A stretch of 38,296 nucleotides of DNA from Alphaproteobacteria bacterium (GTDB taxonomy: Bacteria > Pseudomonadota > Alphaproteobacteria > Micavibrionales > CSBR16-224), in the NCBI GenBank assembly GCA_006226225.1, contig SBHI01000085.1, positions 1-38,296 of the forward strand, read 5' to 3'. The notes beneath the pieces were generated by a model. The model ran no database searches. It saw only the letters and a list, made by a program, of their open reading frames with translations, and had not been told where the DNA came from. The translations under genes were made by a program, and so were the position numbers. This document shows, in pieces, positions 34,716 through 38,296 of the stretch (positions within the stretch are counted from its first letter, which is position 1; every line of letters starts with the position of its first letter).

Positions 34716-37700
34716 CAGTTCCCTCCCTTACCGGGGGTCACGAATTCCTCCTCCACCAGTAATTCATGACAGCAGCTATGCTGTTTCCAAAGTTTTGTAA
34801 CCTCGTCCGATACGGCCTTCAGGCGTTCACGCGCCAGTTTTTCGTCTTCCTGTTTTGCCGTATAAGCCAAACGCAGCACAATCGGACGATCACGCATTTT
34901 TTCCAGCACCTGTTCCAGCTGTTTGCGGAAATCAGGCTTCAGCACGGTTTTACCGGACAGGAAGGCATCATCGCGCATATCGACCCGCACCACTTTGTGA
35001 ATGGCTGCACCGAAATTAATTTTTGCCATCTTGCCGCGTGTTGCACGGATGATGCGCGGATTTTCTGTCGTGACACGATATCCTGTCGGCAAACTGCGCT
35101 CATCCAGCTTCATGATGAAATTACTGCCGCGCTCTTCATCCGGAATGGCGGCACAGGCAACATGAAAACGTCCCTGCGCATCCGTCGTTACCAATAGACC
35201 GTTCACAGTTGCCAGACGCACGGCCGGAATGCCCGGTTCCCCTTCGTCTTGATAACCATTGGCGTTTTTATCATCAAAGACCTTGCCGATCAGGTCAGAA
35301 CAGTCAAAGACCGGATCGGGCACAACGCGCACCGTTGCCGTTGCCACATTGGAAGCAGCATTGGCAAAGCCCGGCGGCACCAGATTATTGATTGTCACAA
35401 CACTGTTCACATACTCGCCCGGCTGTACACCCGCACCGACAACAAGGATCATTTTCAATGTCCGTGTCGCGCCCGCCGCGATGGTCAAATTCGGCCAGGT
35501 CAGCGTCCGGTTCACCACAGTCGGCTCACTCGCCACACCGTCCAGTGTGGCGCTACCCGCCTTATATTTGAAGCCCGGCGGAATGGTATCAATGATATTG
35601 AGATTGCTCAAATTCGCCGCCAGTGTATTGCGTGCCGTGATCGTATAAGGCACAAGCTGCCCGACACTAACATTCGTCATCGGTGTGGTTTTGGTCAAAA
35701 CGATCGCTGTATCCAGAACGGGATCCAGCGGGATATGGTTGTTGACCAGATTGGCCGATGTCGCCGGATCGATGACAAAGCTGAAATAATGCTGCGTGGT
35801 TGCCTGATCGGCAGGCGTAAAGGCCGCCGTTGTCGCCGGACAGGCAGCAGGGTTATGCGCAGGAGCTGCCAAAACGGGTGCCAAAGCGCTTGCCTGCACT
35901 TGTGTGGGATCAGGCGGCGGCGGCGAGACGGTCAGCGTATTCACACAAACCGGGATAATGACCGAGGGCACCGGAATATAAGCACCGGGATAACTGGAAA
36001 TTGACAGCGTATAGGTTCCCACAGGTGCGGCAGGCGTCAGCAAAAACTGGTAGAGGCCATCTACCGCCGTCGTCACCGTCGCCGTACCGCCGACCAAATG
36101 AACGGCAGGGTTAAATCCGGCAGGCCCCGCAATTGTCACATCCGCCCCGGCAACCGGCAGACGGGTAATGGAATCATAGACCACACCGGCAGGATCCAGC
36201 GGCAGACTTTGCTGGATAATATTATCACCTGCCAGCAGCGACAGATTGCTCAATGTACCGTCACCGCTGGAAACATCTGCCCCTGCCGGATTACCGGTAT
36301 TGGTACCGCCGTTACTGGTAGATGCACCCGTATCACGCGTTCCGTTTACGGGCACAATGCCTTGTTCATTCGGAACGGCACGGCCATATACCAATCCTGT
36401 TGTCGGCTCACGGAACTGGATTTTATAACCTGCACCGGGCGCGATACCGGAAAAAGCGTAAGTGCCGTCCGCTGCTGTCGTCGTCGTACTGACAACGATA
36501 TTGTTGAACAGCAGCTCGACCGTCCAGCCCTGCACAAGCGTTTCACCACCATCAATCTGACGGTCATGGTCATAATCGCGCCAGATCGTACCACTGATAT
36601 CTGCGACATTGGCAATCGCCACCGTATCGGTATCGGTATTATTACCGTCAAAACCGGGCGGCTCCCCGCCGCCGGAGATAACGACCGTATTAACCAGCAG
36701 CTGCCCCGCCGTGCCACCCGCAACAGCCACCCGCAACGTAATCGGGTTACCGTTGCCGCCCGCCGCAATGACATCCGTACTGGTGCAGGTCACCGTTGTT
36801 GCGCCGATTGCCCCGACGCAGCTCCAGCCTGTCCCCGTCGCAGGGGCGGCCACCGTCATACCAACCGGCAGCGTATCAACCACTGTCACTGTACCGGTGG
36901 TTGCCACTGTTCCCACATTCGAGGGTGTGATGGTAAAGACACCTGTCGTTGACCCTTCCCCGAAACTGGAGGGAGCGTGGCTTTTTGAAATCGTCAAATC
37001 AGGTGCCGCGCCCGGAACCTCGGCAAAATTATTACCGCCCGATACCGTATTCGCACCTGTCAGGTCAAAACCTGCGATGCGGCTGGTTGTCGCGGTCGGG
37101 TTACTGGCCACACCGCCGGTGCTGCCTGCGGTCACAATTCCGTTGGTCGTGCCTGTGGCCTGCGCGGGTTGATCCAGCGTATAGGTTCCCGGCGGCAATC
37201 CGGTAAAGCTGTAATCCCCGTTTGTATCCGTCATTGTTGTTGCGTTAACGGGATTGCCGTTGATATCCGTTCCCGTCAGATTGATCGTCTGGTTTGACAG
37301 TCCGTATTCCGTGCCGTTCAACACACCGTTATTGTTGTAATCAAGGAAGACGTTTCCAAGCGCGCTGCGCCCGTTGATGATCTCGGCAAAATTATTATCG
37401 GCAGCTGTTGTATTTGGCGGCAGGATAATGGTCGCGATCACGCTTGGCACTGTTGTGGGGTTGGTGGGCGTTCCCGCCGTACCGCCATTTGCCACTGCTC
37501 CCGCCGTCGTAATACCGTTCGATGTCCCAGCAGGCTGGTTCGGCTGGCGCACTGAATAGGTCGCAGGCTGCAATCCGGTAAAGCTATAAGCGCCTGCGGC
37601 GTCTGTCGTATCTGTTGTGATGACGGTATTCCCCGCATCCAGCAACTCGATCAATTGTCCTGCAATCCCCGTATCGCCGCCATTCTGGATACCGTTGTTA

Positions 37701-38296
37701 TTGGCATCCTGAAAGACTGTTCCCGAAATGCTGGAAAGAACGATTTCCGCGAAATTATTTCCGGTCGATCCGCTGACTTCGCCGCCGGCACCGTCATTAT
37801 TCAGAATGATATTGATAATCTGACTGCTTGTCGCCGTCGGGTTCGAAGCCGTTCCCGCCGTTCCGGTACTACCGTTGACACTGCCGATGACCCCAGCTGT
37901 TGTTATGCCGTTACTGGTTCCCGCAGGCTGGGCATTCTGGCAAACGGAATACGCACCTCCCGCAAGGCCGGAGAACAGATAATTACCCGCCGCATCCGTC
38001 AATTGCGTATCCAGCAAGGCACCGCCACAAGTCGCACCGCTATGCAGCTCGACCGCCTCACCGGCAATCACCGTATCCGTCCCTGACTGGAACACACCAT
38101 CAGGAGCGACATTATTATCACGGAACATTTTACCGGAGATAAAGCCCAGCGTACTGACCGACAACACCGCATTCGCAGGTTGCTGGTTGTTGCCCAGATT
38201 GGTCTGCAAACGTCCGGCCGGAATATTATTTGTATGATCGCCCGGCGTATTCGCCGTAATATCAACACTGATCGTACAGCCACCCGCCGGAATTTG
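34715..38296 (-). CDS. Giant repetitive surface protein (SdrD-B-like / Cna-B-type repeats plus two DUF11 conserved-repeat domains); 5' end lies outside the window
   Basis: The ORF track begins at TTG 38209. I translated the frame upstream to 38296 and found no stop (..QIPAGGCTISVDITANTPGDHTNNIPAGRLQTNLG..), so the gene is N-terminally truncated here.
- SdrD-B motifs: ISGTVFQDANNNGIQNGGDTGIAG...TDAAGAYSFTGLQPATYSV.
- DUF11 blocks: DLTISKSHAP...VTVVDTLPVGMTV and VLTKTTPMTNVSVGQLVPYTITARN...IIDTIPPGFKY. Confidence 0.85.
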   Translation of the reverse strand, partial: QIPAGGCTISVDITANTPGDHTNNIPAGRLQTNLGNNQQPANAVLSVSTLGFISGKMFRDNNVAPDGVFQSGTDTVIAGEAVELHSGATCGGALLDTQLTDAAGNYLFSGLAGGAYSVCQNAQPAGTSNGITTAGVIGSVNGSTGTAGTASNPTATSSQIINIILNNDGAGGEVSGSTGNNFAEIVLSSISGTVFQDANNNGIQNGGDTGIAGQLIELLDAGNTVITTDTTDAAGAYSFTGLQPATYSVRQPNQPAGTSNGITTAGAVANGGTAGTPTNPTTVPSVIATIILPPNTTAADNNFAEIINGRSALGNVFLDYNNNGVLNGTEYGLSNQTINLTGTDINGNPVNATTMTDTNGDYSFTGLPPGTYTLDQPAQATGTTNGIVTAGSTGGVASNPTATTSRIAGFDLTGANTVSGGNNFAEVPGAAPDLTISKSHAPSSFGEGSTTGVFTITPSNVGTVATTGTVTVVDTLPVGMTVAAPATGTGWSCVGAIGATTVTCTSTDVIAAGGNGNPITLRVAVAGGTAGQLLVNTVVISGGGEPPGFDGNNTDTDTVAIANVADISGTIWRDYDHDRQIDGGETLVQGWTVELLFNNIVVSTTTTAADGTYAFSGIAPGAGYKIQFREPTTGLVYGRAVPNEQGIVPVNGTRDTGASTSNGGTNTGNPAGADVSSGDGTLSNLSLLAGDNIIQQSLPLDPAGVVYDSITRLPVAGADVTIAGPAGFNPAVHLVGGTATVTTAVDGLYQFLLTPAAPVGTYTLSISSYPGAYIPVPSVIIPVCVNTLTVSPPPPDPTQVQASALAPVLAAPAHNPAACPATTAAFTPADQATTQHYFSFVIDPATSANLVNNHIPLDPVLDTAIVLTKTTPMTNVSVGQLVPYTITARNTLAANLSNLNIIDTIPPGFKYKAGSATLDGVASEPTVVNRTLTWPNLTIAAGATRTLKMILVVGAGVQPGEYVNSVVTINNLVPPGFANAASNVATATVRVVPDPVFDCSDLIGKVFDDKNANGYQDEGEPGIPAVRLATVNGLLVTTDAQGRFHVACAAIPDEERGSNFIMKLDERSLPTGYRVTTENPRIIRATRGKMAKINFGAAIHKVVRVDMRDDAFLSGKTVLKPDFRKQLEQVLEKMRDRPIVLRLAYTAKQEDEKLARERLKAVSDEVTKLWKQHSCCHELLVEEEFVTPGKGGN
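37022..38140 (-). repeat. Three tandem ~115-130-codon coding repeats inside the giant surface-protein gene
   Basis: Each unit starts with (I/L)(S)G.(V/M)F.D.NNNG-type SdrD-B sequence and contains QP(A)GT(S/T)NGI(T/V)TAG. Each ends in NNFAE(I/V), at aa 24-155, 161-275 and 284-396 of the track ORF. Confidence 0.7.

Noticed and set aside
35249-36952. Long plus-strand ORFs (251 aa and 284 aa) within the giant repeat-protein gene
   Set aside because: Their extremely Arg-rich translations are typical of the antisense of Thr/Gly/Ala-rich repeat genes. The minus-strand frame carries clear SdrD-B and DUF11 motifs.
1-38296. tRNA/rRNA genes, CRISPR arrays, IS elements, integrases or phage genes
   Set aside because: The intergenic regions are short (mostly under 200 nt). 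By eye they contain only promoters and terminators. I noticed no transposase or integrase-like translation, no terminal inverted repeats and no spaced direct repeats.

Overview
A 38.3-kb, densely coding chromosomal segment from a diderm (Gram-negative, probably proteobacterial) genome. I call about 31 CDS and saw no rRNA, tRNA, CRISPR array, IS or transposase. All family calls come from reading motifs in the translations, because no HMM or BLAST could be run.

Layout:
(1) 1-8431, all minus strand: a tightly packed run of envelope and membrane genes. In order these are LemA, a TPM/TPR protein, a periplasmic rhodanese, an App1-like phosphatase, SPFH, a TSUP/TauE permease, an enolase-superfamily enzyme, a MobA-like nucleotidyltransferase and a small membrane protein cut by the window edge.
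(2) 8608-17863: mixed housekeeping and accessory genes. These are PhnA/YjdM, an acyltransferase-3, a KAS III-like condensing enzyme, an orphan Flp pilin, two secreted Cys-rich proteins that share a module, a translationally coupled GNAT plus RimK-type ATP-grasp pair, and a LysR regulator divergent from a DOPA-dioxygenase-family gene.
(3) 17935-27962, minus strand, the most interesting part. An operon encodes a TolC-like lipoprotein, two HlyD-type adaptors (one with a GAF-like cytosolic domain) and a fusion protein made of a PqqD/RRE-like domain, an M50 intramembrane metalloprotease and a HlyD-like domain. No ABC, RND or MFS pump is present. Directly downstream is a 1156-aa protein with LamG, cadherin-like and DUF2341 domains, an N-terminal LEPR-XLL-like motif and no Sec signal.
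(4) 28164-30558: DUF465, a YegD-like Hsp70 and a thermonuclease.
(5) 30567-38296, minus strand: a giant SdrD-B/DUF11 repeat protein (5' end outside the window) coupled by TGATG to a 1382-aa protein. That protein has an N-terminal OmpA-like domain and a C-terminal beta-barrel.
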